DNA of 64,000 nucleotides from Polyangiales bacterium. Its GTDB lineage: Bacteria; Myxococcota_A; Polyangia; Polyangiales; Polyangiaceae. Each line of letters begins with the position of its first letter. Position 1 is the first letter of the stretch. The DNA lies in contig JBBRLQ010000023.1 in the NCBI GenBank assembly GCA_038231275.1, positions 32,001 through 96,000 on the forward strand, read 5' to 3'. Position numbers and translations under genes: made by a program. The notes below the pieces were generated by a model. The model was not told the DNA's origin, made no database searches, and worked only from the letters and a program-made list of their open reading frames with translations. Positions 50,113 to 59,729 of this stretch are shown piece after piece.

Positions 50113-50763
50113 CTAGTCGCTCCAGATCTGGACGGCGTAGGTTCCCTTGCCCTCGCCGACGCTGACGACGATGACCGCGTTGTCGGCTTCCTTGAAGCAG
50201 AACGCGCCGTCCTCGAGGAGGACCGGGCTCGGATCGTCGGTGCTGTCCTCCGCGCCGATTTCGCCGGCCGAGTCCTTGAGGAGGAGATCGAGATCTTTGA
50301 TGCCGGTGTCGGCGATCGCATACGCGCGGTAGCACTTGCCTGCGGCGGCCTTGAGCTTGATCTGCTGCGGCGGGTTCTTGTCCGCTTGAGTGGCCTTCGT
50401 GGGCGGGCCGACCGGCTTCATCTTCGTCGTGTCCGCGCAGCCCTTGCCGGCCTTCTGGACCTCGGCGAGCACATCCTTGGATTTGACCTGGAAGCCCGAG
50501 TGGCAGAGGGCCCACGCGGGATCCTGCTTCTGCGTGATCTTCTTCGAAGTGTACTTCGGCGGCGGTGGAGTGGCCGGAGGCTCGGGCGTCGCGGGACCTG
50601 CATCTGCCGCGGCGGACATGTCGGGCGCTCCCGCGTCGAGGCCAGGAACGTCCGGCGGCGCAGGCGGGGGCGGCACGTCGGGCATCGGCGGCTTCTTCGA
50701 ACCGCACGCGACGAGGAACAGGCAAGCGAGTCCGGCTGTGAGGAGCGGAGAGCGACGCGTCAT
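50113..50763 (-). CDS. Lipoprotein with PPC-like beta-sandwich domain
   Basis: Lipobox LVAC, Pro-rich linker, GKCY......GIKDLDLLLKD..G...AED. Confidence 0.75.
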   Translation of the reverse strand: MTRRSPLLTAGLACLFLVACGSKKPPMPDVPPPPAPPDVPGLDAGAPDMSAAADAGPATPEPPATPPPPKYTSKKITQKQDPAWALCHSGFQVKSKDVLAEVQKAGKGCADTTKMKPVGPPTKATQADKNPPQQIKLKAAAGKCYRAYAIADTGIKDLDLLLKDSAGEIGAEDSTDDPSPVLLEDGAFCFKEADNAVIVVSVGEGKGTYAVQIWSD

Positions 50764-50821
50764 GCGCGGGAGATTAAGGTGGGCTTCCTAGCGGTTGCAA
50801 GAACAAGCGCCCGCGCGCCCC

Positions 50822-51034
50822 ACCAAAGCATCCCCGGTAGCTGGATGACCAGGGCTCAGCCATGCCTCGCTGGAATCCAGTGAGGCGGGGCGAAATCGAC
50901 CCGATGCGTGCAGAAAGTTGGTTGACGAATGACCCTGGATCTTACACACCAGGTCGCGCCGTTGATGACACGGCCATACACGTTCCCACCCTGGTTCCGG
51001 GACACCTGCAGCATCGTCCGCCGGGGGCTTTGGT
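50822..51034. ncRNA. Candidate structured non-coding RNA, class unknown
   Basis: Nested complementary segments close the element and enclose at least three hairpins (see findings). Confidence 0.4.
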
Positions 51035-51138
51035 CGCGTTCGCTCTAGATCTGTCCGCCGCAGCGGGCACTCCATTTCTGCTCAGTTTTTGCCAAAATTC
51101 GCCCTCAATTCAAAAGTTTGTAGGGGAGGTCCCTGATT

Positions 51139-53133
51139 ATGTTCAATCGCCGCGTGTCGCTTCTGCCGCTCGTTCTCCTTTCCAGCCTCTCGTTCGTCGC
51201 GTGCTCCTCGAAGGGCCACAGCGACAACACCGATTCCTCGGAAGACGATCTCTCGACGTGGGCCCCTGCGACGCAAGGCCGTCCGGCTTGGGCGACGGCG
51301 GCCCGTGAGCGTGAGCACCTCGGCGACAACGAGGTCCTCAGCGTGCAAGTGCACCTGAAGCTCCGTAACGAGGCGGCGGCGGAGGCGGAGATCGCGGCGA
51401 TCAGCGATCCGGACAGCGCGACGTTCGGCCAGTACCTCACCAATGAGCAGTTCGCGGCGAAGTACGCGCCGACCGCGGAGGACGTTGCGACGGTCACCAA
51501 GCACCTCGAGCACCACGGCCTGACCGTCAATTTCGTCCCCGGCAACAACCTCTTCGTCTCGGCCAGCGGCACGCACGCGCAGGTCTCGAAGGCGTTTGCG
51601 ACGAAGCTCGCGAACTACGACGTCGACGGTGACATCCGGCACGCGCCGGTCGGCAACGCGCGCGTTCCCCGCGCGGTCGCCGCGAAGATCTCCGGCACGC
51701 TCGGCCTCGCGAAGTCGGCGGCGTACAAGCCGCGTGGCGTCTCCCGCGGCGGCATCAAGCGCGCGGACATCCCCAAGCTCCTCAGCAAGAACCCGGCGGC
51801 GTCGAGCAGCAGCGTCCTCCCGAGCTGCGCCGAGTGGTGGGGTGCGGCGGTCGACACGACCGATCCGCAGTTCGGCAGCTACCCGGCGGCGCTCCCCGTG
51901 ATCCCCTGCGGTTACGGCCCCGCGCAGCTCCGCGCAGCCTACGGCTTCAGCAACGCGGTTCGCAGCGGCAACGACGGCAAGGGCGTGAAGGTCGCCATCG
52001 TCGACGCCTATCTCTCGCCGACGCTCCTCGCGGACGCGCAGACCTACGCCGCGCAGCACGATCCGGATTACCCGCTTCTCGACTCGCAGTTCAGCGCGCA
52101 GATGGCGCCGGGCACGCCGCAGCCGCCGGACCCGGGTTGGTACGGCGAGCAGAGCCTCGACGTCGAGGCCGTTCACGCGATGGCGCCGGGTGCGACCATC
52201 GTCTACGTCGGCGCGCAGAGCCCGACGGACATGGACCTCGTCGCCGCGATCAACCTGATCGCCGACGGGAACCTCGCCTCGATCATCTCGAACTCGTACG
52301 GCTCGCCCGAGGGACAGGGCAACGACTTCGTGGTGTGGAACGCGGCGGTCAAGCACGCGGCGCTCAAGGGCGTCGGCATCTACTTCGCCTCGGGCGACAG
52401 TGGAGACGAGTCGGGTCGCCTCGGCTTCGTGTCGGCGGACTTCCCGGCGTCGCTCCCCGGCGTCACGGCGGTCGGCGGCACGTCGCTCGCTCTCGGGCAG
52501 CGCGGCGAGCGCGTGTTCGAGGCCGGGTGGGAGACCACCGCGAGCTTCCTGACCTTCCCCGCGCCGGCTCCGGCGGGTGACGGCGGCGCCGATGCAGGCC
52601 CGCCCGCCCCGCCGTTCTGGGATCCGCCCGCGCCCGGCTTCTTCGCCTTCGGCGGCGGCGGCGGCACGAGCTTCGTGTACGACCAGCCGGCGTACCAGAA
52701 GGGTGTCGTTCCCGACGCCCTCGCCAACATCCCGGGCGCACCTGCCCGCGTCGTCCCCGACGTCGGCATGCTCGGCGACCCGCTCACCGGCTTCATCATC
52801 GGCATGACGTCGAACGGCACCTACGGTGAGGGCCCCACCGGCGGCACCAGCCTCGCGTGCCCGCTCTTCGCCGCCACGATGGCGCTCGCGGAGCAGCACT
52901 CGCACAAGAAGCTCGGGTTCGCGAACCCGCGCCTCTACAAGGCCCGCGCCAAGGCGTTCCGTGACATCGTCCCGAACGCGACGCCCCAGGCCCTCATTCT
53001 GCCCTCGTCGCAGGGCAACATCGTCGCGACGATCGACTTCGCCGGCCAGGCGATCCAGACCGCGGTCGGCTACGACAACGTTACCGGTCTTGGCGCGCCG
53101 GACGGCGAGAACTTCCTCAAGGCCATCAAGTAA
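51139..53133 (+). CDS. S53 sedolisin/kumamolisin-family peptidase, lipoprotein with pro-domain
   Basis: Pro-domain DPDSATFGQYLT; EQSLDVE, SNSYG, ASGDSG, GGTSLACP and GYDNVTGLG motifs. Confidence 0.93.
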   Translation: MFNRRVSLLPLVLLSSLSFVACSSKGHSDNTDSSEDDLSTWAPATQGRPAWATAAREREHLGDNEVLSVQVHLKLRNEAAAEAEIAAISDPDSATFGQYLTNEQFAAKYAPTAEDVATVTKHLEHHGLTVNFVPGNNLFVSASGTHAQVSKAFATKLANYDVDGDIRHAPVGNARVPRAVAAKISGTLGLAKSAAYKPRGVSRGGIKRADIPKLLSKNPAASSSSVLPSCAEWWGAAVDTTDPQFGSYPAALPVIPCGYGPAQLRAAYGFSNAVRSGNDGKGVKVAIVDAYLSPTLLADAQTYAAQHDPDYPLLDSQFSAQMAPGTPQPPDPGWYGEQSLDVEAVHAMAPGATIVYVGAQSPTDMDLVAAINLIADGNLASIISNSYGSPEGQGNDFVVWNAAVKHAALKGVGIYFASGDSGDESGRLGFVSADFPASLPGVTAVGGTSLALGQRGERVFEAGWETTASFLTFPAPAPAGDGGADAGPPAPPFWDPPAPGFFAFGGGGGTSFVYDQPAYQKGVVPDALANIPGAPARVVPDVGMLGDPLTGFIIGMTSNGTYGEGPTGGTSLACPLFAATMALAEQHSHKKLGFANPRLYKARAKAFRDIVPNATPQALILPSSQGNIVATIDFAGQAIQTAVGYDNVTGLGAPDGENFLKAIK

Positions 53134-53153
53134 CCTTCTCGGAAGACAGGACG

Positions 53154-53193
53154 AACGGATCGGCGCCGCGAGGCTCCGGTCCGTTTTTCTTTT
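53154..53193 (+). terminator. Rho-independent terminator after the S53 gene
   Basis: AACGGATCGG..GCC-GCGA-GGC..CCGGTCCGTT stem with a GNRA loop, followed by a T-tract. Confidence 0.8.
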
Positions 53194-53245
53194 GTCCCGC
53201 CCGTCGCCGCGTTTCATGCGGGATCGGCGTGCTATCCGTTGAGGG

Positions 53246-54247
53246 ATGCGCGTTCGGCAGGTCGATCCGGAGCGGCCCGATCCCGGCGCGCTCGCCGACG
53301 CGGTCGCCGTGCTGCGCGCAGGCGGGCTCGTCGCGTTTCCGACCGAGACGGTGTACGGCCTCGGCGCCCGCGCGCTCGATCCTGCGGCGGTCGCCAAGGT
53401 GTTTGCGGCGAAGGGGCGCCCTTCGGGGCATCCGCTCATCGCGCACGTCGAGGGAGAAGAAGGAGCGCGCGCGATCGCACGGGAGTGGAGCGAGCGGGCG
53501 TCGCGCCTCGCACGCGCGTTCTGGCCCGGGCCGCTCACGCTCGTCGTTCCGCGCGGCTCGAAGGTTCCCGCCGCGGTGACGGGCGGAGGAGACTCAGTGG
53601 CGGTTCGCGCGCCCGCGCACGCCGTCGCGCTCGCGCTCCTCCGCGCCCTTGGTGAGCCGCTCGCCGCGCCGAGCGCAAATCGGTACCAGACGCTCTCACC
53701 GACCACCGCCGCGCACGTCGTCAAATCGCTCGGCGACGCGGTGGATCTCGTCCTCGACGGCGGCCCGTGCGCGGCGGGCATCGAGTCGACGGTCCTCGAT
53801 CTGTGCGCGGATCCGCCGCGCGTCCTCCGCCCCGGCGCGTTCGATCTCGCGCGCCTCCGCGTCGTCGTGCCCGAGGTCGTCTACGACGCCGGCGTCGTCG
53901 CGGGAGAGGGAACGCACGCATCACCCGGGATGGACGCTCGACACTATGCGCCGCGCGCGCGCGTGGTCCTCGTTGCGGGTCGAGCGGCCGCTGGCGCGCG
54001 CGCCGAGCAAGAGGCCACGTCGACCGCCGGCGCGGTGGGCCTCGTCCTGTGCGGGGCGCCGCTCGAACCCGCGCGCGGAGTGATCGCGCGATCGCTCCCA
54101 GACGATCCGGAACGGTACGGTCGCGACCTCTTCGCGACGCTCCACGCGCTCGACGACGCCGGCTGCGTCATCGTCGTGATCGAGGACGTCCCCGAGGACC
54201 TGCGATGGTGGGCGATCGCCGATCGCCTCCGCCGGGCGGGGGCCTGA
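53246..54247 (+). CDS. tsaC: L-threonylcarbamoyladenylate synthase (Sua5 type)
   Basis: VAFPTETVYGLGA, KGRP, FWPGPLT, APSAN, GIESTV and SPGM..RHYAP motifs plus the SUA5 C-terminal domain. Confidence 0.95.
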   Translation: MRVRQVDPERPDPGALADAVAVLRAGGLVAFPTETVYGLGARALDPAAVAKVFAAKGRPSGHPLIAHVEGEEGARAIAREWSERASRLARAFWPGPLTLVVPRGSKVPAAVTGGGDSVAVRAPAHAVALALLRALGEPLAAPSANRYQTLSPTTAAHVVKSLGDAVDLVLDGGPCAAGIESTVLDLCADPPRVLRPGAFDLARLRVVVPEVVYDAGVVAGEGTHASPGMDARHYAPRARVVLVAGRAAAGARAEQEATSTAGAVGLVLCGAPLEPARGVIARSLPDDPERYGRDLFATLHALDDAGCVIVVIEDVPEDLRWWAIADRLRRAGA

Positions 54248-54367
54248 AACGCCCGTCGTTCGCGTTCGCAACCAAATCAGCCCCAACGGAATCGCGCGCT
54301 GGCGGACGAAACTTGCGTCGCAACCTCTCGGAATCGGGAAAGATTCGTCTTTCTCGGCACGGACGGC

Positions 54368-54398
54368 TTGTCGGCGAATTGCTTTACGTCTAGATAAT
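54368..54398 (+). promoter_or_regulatory. Probable promoter/operator of the SDR-MarR operon
   Basis: TTGTCG...TAGATAAT ending 6 nt before the ATG; overlaps the imperfect palindrome TTTACGTCTAGA. Confidence 0.45.
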
Positions 54399-54404
54399 CG
54401 CGCC

Positions 54405-55172
54405 ATGATGAATCCCGCCGCCGGCAGGAGCGCCGTCGTGACCGGCGGCGGCAAGGGGCTCGGCGCGGCGATCGCGCGGCGCCTCGCCGGGACCGGCGCG
54501 AAGGTCGCCGTCCTCGGGCGCGATCGCGACGCGCTCGCGCGGGTGGCGAAGGAGATCGGCGGGCTCGCGGTGCCGTGCGATGTCACCGACGGCGCGGCCC
54601 TCGCGGCGGCGCTCGCTGAGGTGCGCGAGGCGCAAGGCCCGATCGCGATTTGCGTGCATAATGCAGGTATCGCGGAGAGCGCGCCCCTCGCGAAGACCAC
54701 CGACGAGGTATGGGAGCGGACGATGGCCGTGAACGCCACGGCCGCCTTCCGCGTCGCGAGGCTCGTCGTGCCGGACATGGTGAAGGCCCGCTGGGGACGC
54801 ATCGTGAACGTGGCCTCCAACGCCGGGCTGACCGGCTACGCGTACACCAGCGCGTACTGCGCCTCGAAGCACGCGGTGGTCGGCCTCACGCGCGCGCTCG
54901 CCCTCGAGCTCGCGAAGACCGGCGTGACCGTCAACGCCGTATGCCCCGGCTTCTGCGACACCGAGATGAGCGATCGCGCCGCGAACGTCATCGCCGCCAA
55001 GACCCACCGCAGCGAGGCCGACGCCAAGAAGGTCCTCGCCGACATGTCCCCTCAAGGCCGCCTCGTCACGCCCGACGAGGTCGCCCACGCCGTTCTGATG
55101 CTCACGGGCGACCTCGCTTCATCGATCAACGGACAAGCCATCCCCATCGACGGGGGCCAGGTGACGAAATGA
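54405..55172 (+). CDS. SDR family oxidoreductase
   Basis: TGGGKGLG, HNAG, YCASK and NAVCPG motifs. Confidence 0.95.
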   Translation: MMNPAAGRSAVVTGGGKGLGAAIARRLAGTGAKVAVLGRDRDALARVAKEIGGLAVPCDVTDGAALAAALAEVREAQGPIAICVHNAGIAESAPLAKTTDEVWERTMAVNATAAFRVARLVVPDMVKARWGRIVNVASNAGLTGYAYTSAYCASKHAVVGLTRALALELAKTGVTVNAVCPGFCDTEMSDRAANVIAAKTHRSEADAKKVLADMSPQGRLVTPDEVAHAVLMLTGDLASSINGQAIPIDGGQVTK

Positions 55173-55570
55173 CCAACGTGGTGACCCCCTCGCACTTCCC
55201 CAAGCCGCGCGGCTACGCGAACGGCATCATCTCCAGCGGCCGGACGCTGCACATCTCCGGGCAGATCGCGTGGGACAAAGACGCGCGGATCGTGACGAGC
55301 GATTTCGCGACCCAGTTTCTCACGGCGCTTGACAACGTCATCGCGGTGGTGCGCGAGGCGGGCGGCGGGACGGAGCACATCGTGAAGCTGCTCGCCTTCG
55401 TGACCGACCTCGAGGCGTACCGCGCCGCGCAGCGCGCGATCGGAGAGGGCTGGCGCGGGCGCATGGGCAAGCACTACCCGGCGATGAGCCTCGTGAAGGT
55501 GGCGGGCCTGCTCGAGCCGGGCGCGCTCGTCGAGATCGAGGGGGTCGCCATGCTCCCTGATCAAAAGTGA
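55169..55570 (+). CDS. RidA/YjgF family protein
   Basis: PRGYANG, ISGQI, YPAMSLVKV..L and VEIEG motifs; ATGA overlap. Confidence 0.92.
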   Translation: MTNVVTPSHFPKPRGYANGIISSGRTLHISGQIAWDKDARIVTSDFATQFLTALDNVIAVVREAGGGTEHIVKLLAFVTDLEAYRAAQRAIGEGWRGRMGKHYPAMSLVKVAGLLEPGALVEIEGVAMLPDQK

Positions 55571-55588
55571 AGTGAGGAGCGCACCATC

Positions 55589-56155
55589 ATGACCACCAGC
55601 TCGAGCCACCTGTCCGCGGCCACGACCGGCGCGAAGGCGCAGCAGCCTGAGTCCGGCGTCGTGAAGACCACGGCGAACGCCGAGTCGCTCCCGCGCGCCA
55701 ACGTGAGCCTCTGGGTGCGCCTCCTCGAGAGCCACAACCTGGTGCTCGGAGAGGTGCGGCGGAAGCTCGCCGACGCGACGACGATGCCGCGCTTCGATCT
55801 CCTCGCGAACCTCGAGCGGGAGGACGGGCAGACGCTCGCGGCGCTGAGCCGTCGCATGCTGGTGACCGCCGGCAATCTCACCGGACTCGTCGATCGCGCC
55901 GAGCGTGACGGGGTCGTCGAGCGCCGCGCCGATCCGCGCGACCGCCGCCTCTCGCGCGTGTACCTGACGCCGAAGGGGCGCGAGCTCATCGTAGGGCTCT
56001 TGCCCAAGCACGCCGAGGAGATCGGCGCGCTGTTCGAGGAGCTCGATCCCGCGGACAAGCGTGAGCTGCGGCGCCTCCTCGGCAAGCTGCGCGACTCGCT
56101 CGCGAACAAGCTCATCGGCGGTCCCACCAGCCCGGCAGGCAAGGAGACGCCGTGA
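55589..56155 (+). CDS. MarR family transcriptional regulator
   Basis: PRFDLLA.L, LSRRMLVTAGNLTGLVDR and DRR...VYLTPKG motifs. Confidence 0.93.
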   Translation: MTTSSSHLSAATTGAKAQQPESGVVKTTANAESLPRANVSLWVRLLESHNLVLGEVRRKLADATTMPRFDLLANLEREDGQTLAALSRRMLVTAGNLTGLVDRAERDGVVERRADPRDRRLSRVYLTPKGRELIVGLLPKHAEEIGALFEELDPADKRELRRLLGKLRDSLANKLIGGPTSPAGKETP

Positions 56156-56982
56156 AGGAGATCGCGCCGAAGGGGTTTCGGTACGCGGTGTCCGAGGCCG
56201 GCGTCGCGCAGATCACCCTCGCGCGGCCCGAGCGCCTCAACTCGCTCACCTTCGAAATTTACCAAGAGCTTCGCGACGTCCTCCTCGAGATCGACGGCCA
56301 CGACGAGGTCCGCGCGATCGTCCTCACCGGCGAGGGGCGCGCGTTCTGCTCGGGAGGGGACGTCGACGACATCATCGGAGAGCTCTTCGCGCGCGACATG
56401 AAGGGGCTCGTGGCGTTCACGCGCGTCACCGGACAGCTCATCGGGGCGATCCGTAAGGTCCGACGACCGGTCGTCGCGGCCGTGAACGGCGTGTGCGTCG
56501 GCGCGGGCGCCGTGATCGCGCTGGCCTGCGATTTTCGCATCGCGAGCGACGCGGCGAAGTTCGGGTTCATTTTTCCCAAGGTGGGCCTGTGCGGCGCCGA
56601 CATGGGCGCGGCGTACTTGCTCCCGCGCGTGGTGGGGCTCGGGCACGCCACCGAGCTCCTCTTTCTCGGCGACATCGTGAAGGCCGACCGCGCGCTCGCG
56701 ATCGGGCTCGTGCACGAGGTGACGCCGGCGGCCGAGTGCCTGCCGCGCGCGCTGAAGCTCGCCGAGCGCCTCGCGTCGGGCCCCGCCTTCGCGCACGCGA
56801 TGACCAAACAGATGCTCGAGAGCGAGGTGTCGATGACGCTCGAGCAAGCGCTCGAGGCCGAGGCCCAAGCGCAGGCGATTTGCATGCAGCACCCGGATTT
56901 TCGTACCTCGTTCGAGGCGTGGCAGAAAAAGGCGCCGATTCGCTTCGCCGGCGCGTCGCTCGATTTCAAGGACAAGCCGTGA
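56152..56982 (+). CDS. Enoyl-CoA hydratase family protein
   Basis: RPERLNSLTFE, AFCSGGDV, GAGAVIALACD and GADMGAAYLLPR motifs. Confidence 0.93.
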   Translation: MKEIAPKGFRYAVSEAGVAQITLARPERLNSLTFEIYQELRDVLLEIDGHDEVRAIVLTGEGRAFCSGGDVDDIIGELFARDMKGLVAFTRVTGQLIGAIRKVRRPVVAAVNGVCVGAGAVIALACDFRIASDAAKFGFIFPKVGLCGADMGAAYLLPRVVGLGHATELLFLGDIVKADRALAIGLVHEVTPAAECLPRALKLAERLASGPAFAHAMTKQMLESEVSMTLEQALEAEAQAQAICMQHPDFRTSFEAWQKKAPIRFAGASLDFKDKP

Positions 56983-58145
56983 GCATCTCTCGCGCGTTCA
57001 AAGCCTCTCCGTGGGATGACGCCGGCCCGCTGTACGAGGACGCGCATCGACTCCTGTCGGCGCAGCTCGAAGAGAAGCTCGTGCGCCCAGGCGACGAAGC
57101 GCTCCACGAGGCCGCGCGCGTCGGCCGGCGCATGGCCGATCTTGGGCTCTTCAAGTACCTGCTCCCGAACGCGCTCGGTCTGAAGGAAGGGCAGATCGAC
57201 GTCCGCGCGCTCTGCACCGTGCGTGAAATCCTGGCGTACCACTCGCCGCTCGCCGACGCGGTCTTCGCGGTGCAGGGCCTCGCCGCCAATCCGCTCTTGG
57301 TGACCGGCCGTCGTGAGCTCGTCGACAAGATGGTGACCGGCGAAAAAATCGGCGGATTCGCTCTGACCGAGCCGGAGGCGGGGAGCGACGTGGCGTCGCT
57401 GAAGGCCACCGCGAAGCGCGACGGCGACGGGTGGATCCTCGACGGCGAGAAGACGTTCATCTCGAACGTCGGCATCGCGCACCACTTCGTGGTCTTCGCG
57501 AACGCCGATCCCGCCGCGGGTCGCAAAGGCATCAGCGCGTTCCTCGTGCACGCGCAGGCGACGGGGCTCGAGCTCGTCACCATCCCATTGTCCGGCCAGC
57601 ACCCGCTCGGTCGCCTCTTGATGCACGGCGTCCGCGTCCCGGGTGACGCGCTCCTGGGCGAGGTCGGCCAAGGCCTGCGTCTCGCGCTCGGCACGCTCGA
57701 AATTTTTCGCACCAGCGTCGGCGCCGCGGCGCTCGGCATGGCGTGGCGCGCGCTCGACGAGGCGCTCCGTCACACGACGACGCGCAAGCAGTTCGGGCAG
57801 AAGCTCTCGGACCTCCAGCTCGTCCAAGCCGCCATCGCCGAGATGGCCACCGAGCTCGTCTCCGCGCGCCTCCTCGTCGCGAGCGTCGCGCGCGCCAAGG
57901 ACCTCGGGAAAAAAGACGTGGGCAGCGACGTCGCGATGGCCAAGATGCACGCCACCGAGGTAGCCCAGCGCGTGATCGATCGCGCGGTGCAGCTGCACGG
58001 GGGCGCCGGCGTCGTCTCCGGCAGCAAGGTCGAGGAGCTTTACCGCGAGGTGCGGCCGCTCCGGATTTACGAGGGCGCGACCGACGTCCTCAAGGTGTTG
58101 GTCGGGTCGAGCGTCGTCAAACGCCACGAGGCGAGCGCACCATGA
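56979..58145 (+). CDS. Acyl-CoA dehydrogenase
   Basis: FALTEPEAGSDV, GEKTFISN, RKQFG, QLHGG.G and RIYEGA motifs. Confidence 0.95.
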   Translation: MSISRAFKASPWDDAGPLYEDAHRLLSAQLEEKLVRPGDEALHEAARVGRRMADLGLFKYLLPNALGLKEGQIDVRALCTVREILAYHSPLADAVFAVQGLAANPLLVTGRRELVDKMVTGEKIGGFALTEPEAGSDVASLKATAKRDGDGWILDGEKTFISNVGIAHHFVVFANADPAAGRKGISAFLVHAQATGLELVTIPLSGQHPLGRLLMHGVRVPGDALLGEVGQGLRLALGTLEIFRTSVGAAALGMAWRALDEALRHTTTRKQFGQKLSDLQLVQAAIAEMATELVSARLLVASVARAKDLGKKDVGSDVAMAKMHATEVAQRVIDRAVQLHGGAGVVSGSKVEELYREVRPLRIYEGATDVLKVLVGSSVVKRHEASAP

Positions 58146-59665
58146 GCTCCGCGAGCACCTTGTTCACTCCGCTGACGCTGCGCTCGGCGACGCTGCCGAA
58201 CCGCATCGTCCTGCCTGCGATGGTCACGCGCCTCTCCGGCGAGGACGGCGTCGTGAACGACGACATTCGCGCGCGCTACGTCCGGTTCACGAAGGGCGGC
58301 TCCGGCCTCATCGTGGTCGAGGCGATGGCGGTGCACCAGTCGAAGAGCGGCCCGCTGCTCCGCATCTGCTCCGACGAGTTCAAGCCAGGCCTCGCCGATC
58401 TCGCCGCGCGATGCCACGACGCAGGGCCCGGCAAGGTGTTTCCGCAGATCATCCACTTCCTCAAGATCTCGCGCTCGGGCTGGCGGCAGACCGTCGACAT
58501 GCTCTCGCCGAAGGACATCGACGACATCGTCGACGCGTACGGGGCCGCGGCCGTGCGTGCGCGCGAGTGCGGCTTCGACGGCGTCGAGCTCCACATGGCG
58601 CACGCCTACACGCTGTCGTCGTTCCTCTCGCGCCTGAACCCTCGGCGCGACGCCTACGGCGGAACGCTCGAGAACCGGCTGCGCCTCCCGGTTCGCGTCA
58701 TGCAGCGCGTGCGCGCGGCGGTCGGCGAGGACTTTCCGATCGGCGTGCGCTTCCTCGGCGAGGAGTGCATCCGCAACGGGTACACGCCGGTCGAAGCGGG
58801 GCCGATCGCGGTGCGCCTCGCGCGCGAAGGGGCCGACTACATCTCGCTCTCGGCAGGCGGAAAATTCGAGGACGCGCGCGCCATTCCCGGCGAGCCGCTC
58901 TATCCGTACACCGGCTATTCGGGCGATCGCTGCATGCCGGGCTCGAACTACCCGGACGGCGCGAACCTCTACATCCCCGAGGCCGTCCGCGGGACCGTGC
59001 GAGCCGCAGGCCTCACGACGCCCATCGTCGCCGCGGGAAAAATTGGCTCCCTCGAGCTCGCCGAGCAGGTGCTGGCGCGTGGCCAAGGCGACATGATCGG
59101 AATGGCGCGCGCGCTCTTGGCGGATCCGGATCTCCCCAAGAAGTGGCAGAGCGGCCGCCAAGAAGCCGTCGTGCGCTGCGTCTACGGCAACGTCTGCAAG
59201 GCGCTGGACGAGAATTTTAGACGTGTAGACTGCACGCTTTGGCCGAAGAAGGCCGGCCAGGCTCCGGAGAGCAGCGACACGATCCCGCCGGCGTGGGCCG
59301 TGAGCGGCCCCGAGCTCACCGCCGAGTACAAAGACGGTCGCGTGCTCCTCCGCTGGAAGGCGGCGACCGACAACGAGGTCCTCTACGGCTACCAGATCAT
59401 GCGCGGCGAGGGCGGGCTCCCGATGTCGCATTACGCGAGCGTTCGCGGCGCGTCGGCGCGCTTCGAGGACGCGCGCGTGATCGGCGGAGCTTCCTACGCG
59501 TACGCAGTTCGCCCGTACGACCTCGCCGGCAACCGCGGGCCACTCAGCCCCAGCGCGCGCGTCGACGTCCCGAACGAGCACGTCCCCGCCGCCGACGCGA
59601 CGCACCTCGAGATCGCCAAGAACCCTGGCGCAATCGAAGGCTGCACTTCGGTCACGGGCGGCTAG
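58142..59665 (+). CDS. NADH:flavin oxidoreductase (Old Yellow Enzyme family) with C-terminal FN3-like domain
   Basis: LFTPL..PNRI, GFDGVELHMAHAY, R.DAYGG.LENR and ARALLADP motifs; tail DTIPP..LRW.AATDN...Y.YAVR.YDLAGN. Confidence 0.9.
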   Translation: MSSASTLFTPLTLRSATLPNRIVLPAMVTRLSGEDGVVNDDIRARYVRFTKGGSGLIVVEAMAVHQSKSGPLLRICSDEFKPGLADLAARCHDAGPGKVFPQIIHFLKISRSGWRQTVDMLSPKDIDDIVDAYGAAAVRARECGFDGVELHMAHAYTLSSFLSRLNPRRDAYGGTLENRLRLPVRVMQRVRAAVGEDFPIGVRFLGEECIRNGYTPVEAGPIAVRLAREGADYISLSAGGKFEDARAIPGEPLYPYTGYSGDRCMPGSNYPDGANLYIPEAVRGTVRAAGLTTPIVAAGKIGSLELAEQVLARGQGDMIGMARALLADPDLPKKWQSGRQEAVVRCVYGNVCKALDENFRRVDCTLWPKKAGQAPESSDTIPPAWAVSGPELTAEYKDGRVLLRWKAATDNEVLYGYQIMRGEGGLPMSHYASVRGASARFEDARVIGGASYAYAVRPYDLAGNRGPLSPSARVDVPNEHVPAADATHLEIAKNPGAIEGCTSVTGG

Positions 59666-59729
59666 CAGAAGCCGTTGGCGAAACACCGCTGCGGCGGCCG
59701 TCGTTTGCGCTACAAAGAAGCAGGCTTCG

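Noticed and set aside
50810..50845. CCCCACCA tRNA-like end and CCCCGG-TAGC retron-like branch site
   Set aside because: No cloverleaf or T-loop upstream, no long msd hairpin and no reverse transcriptase in the window.
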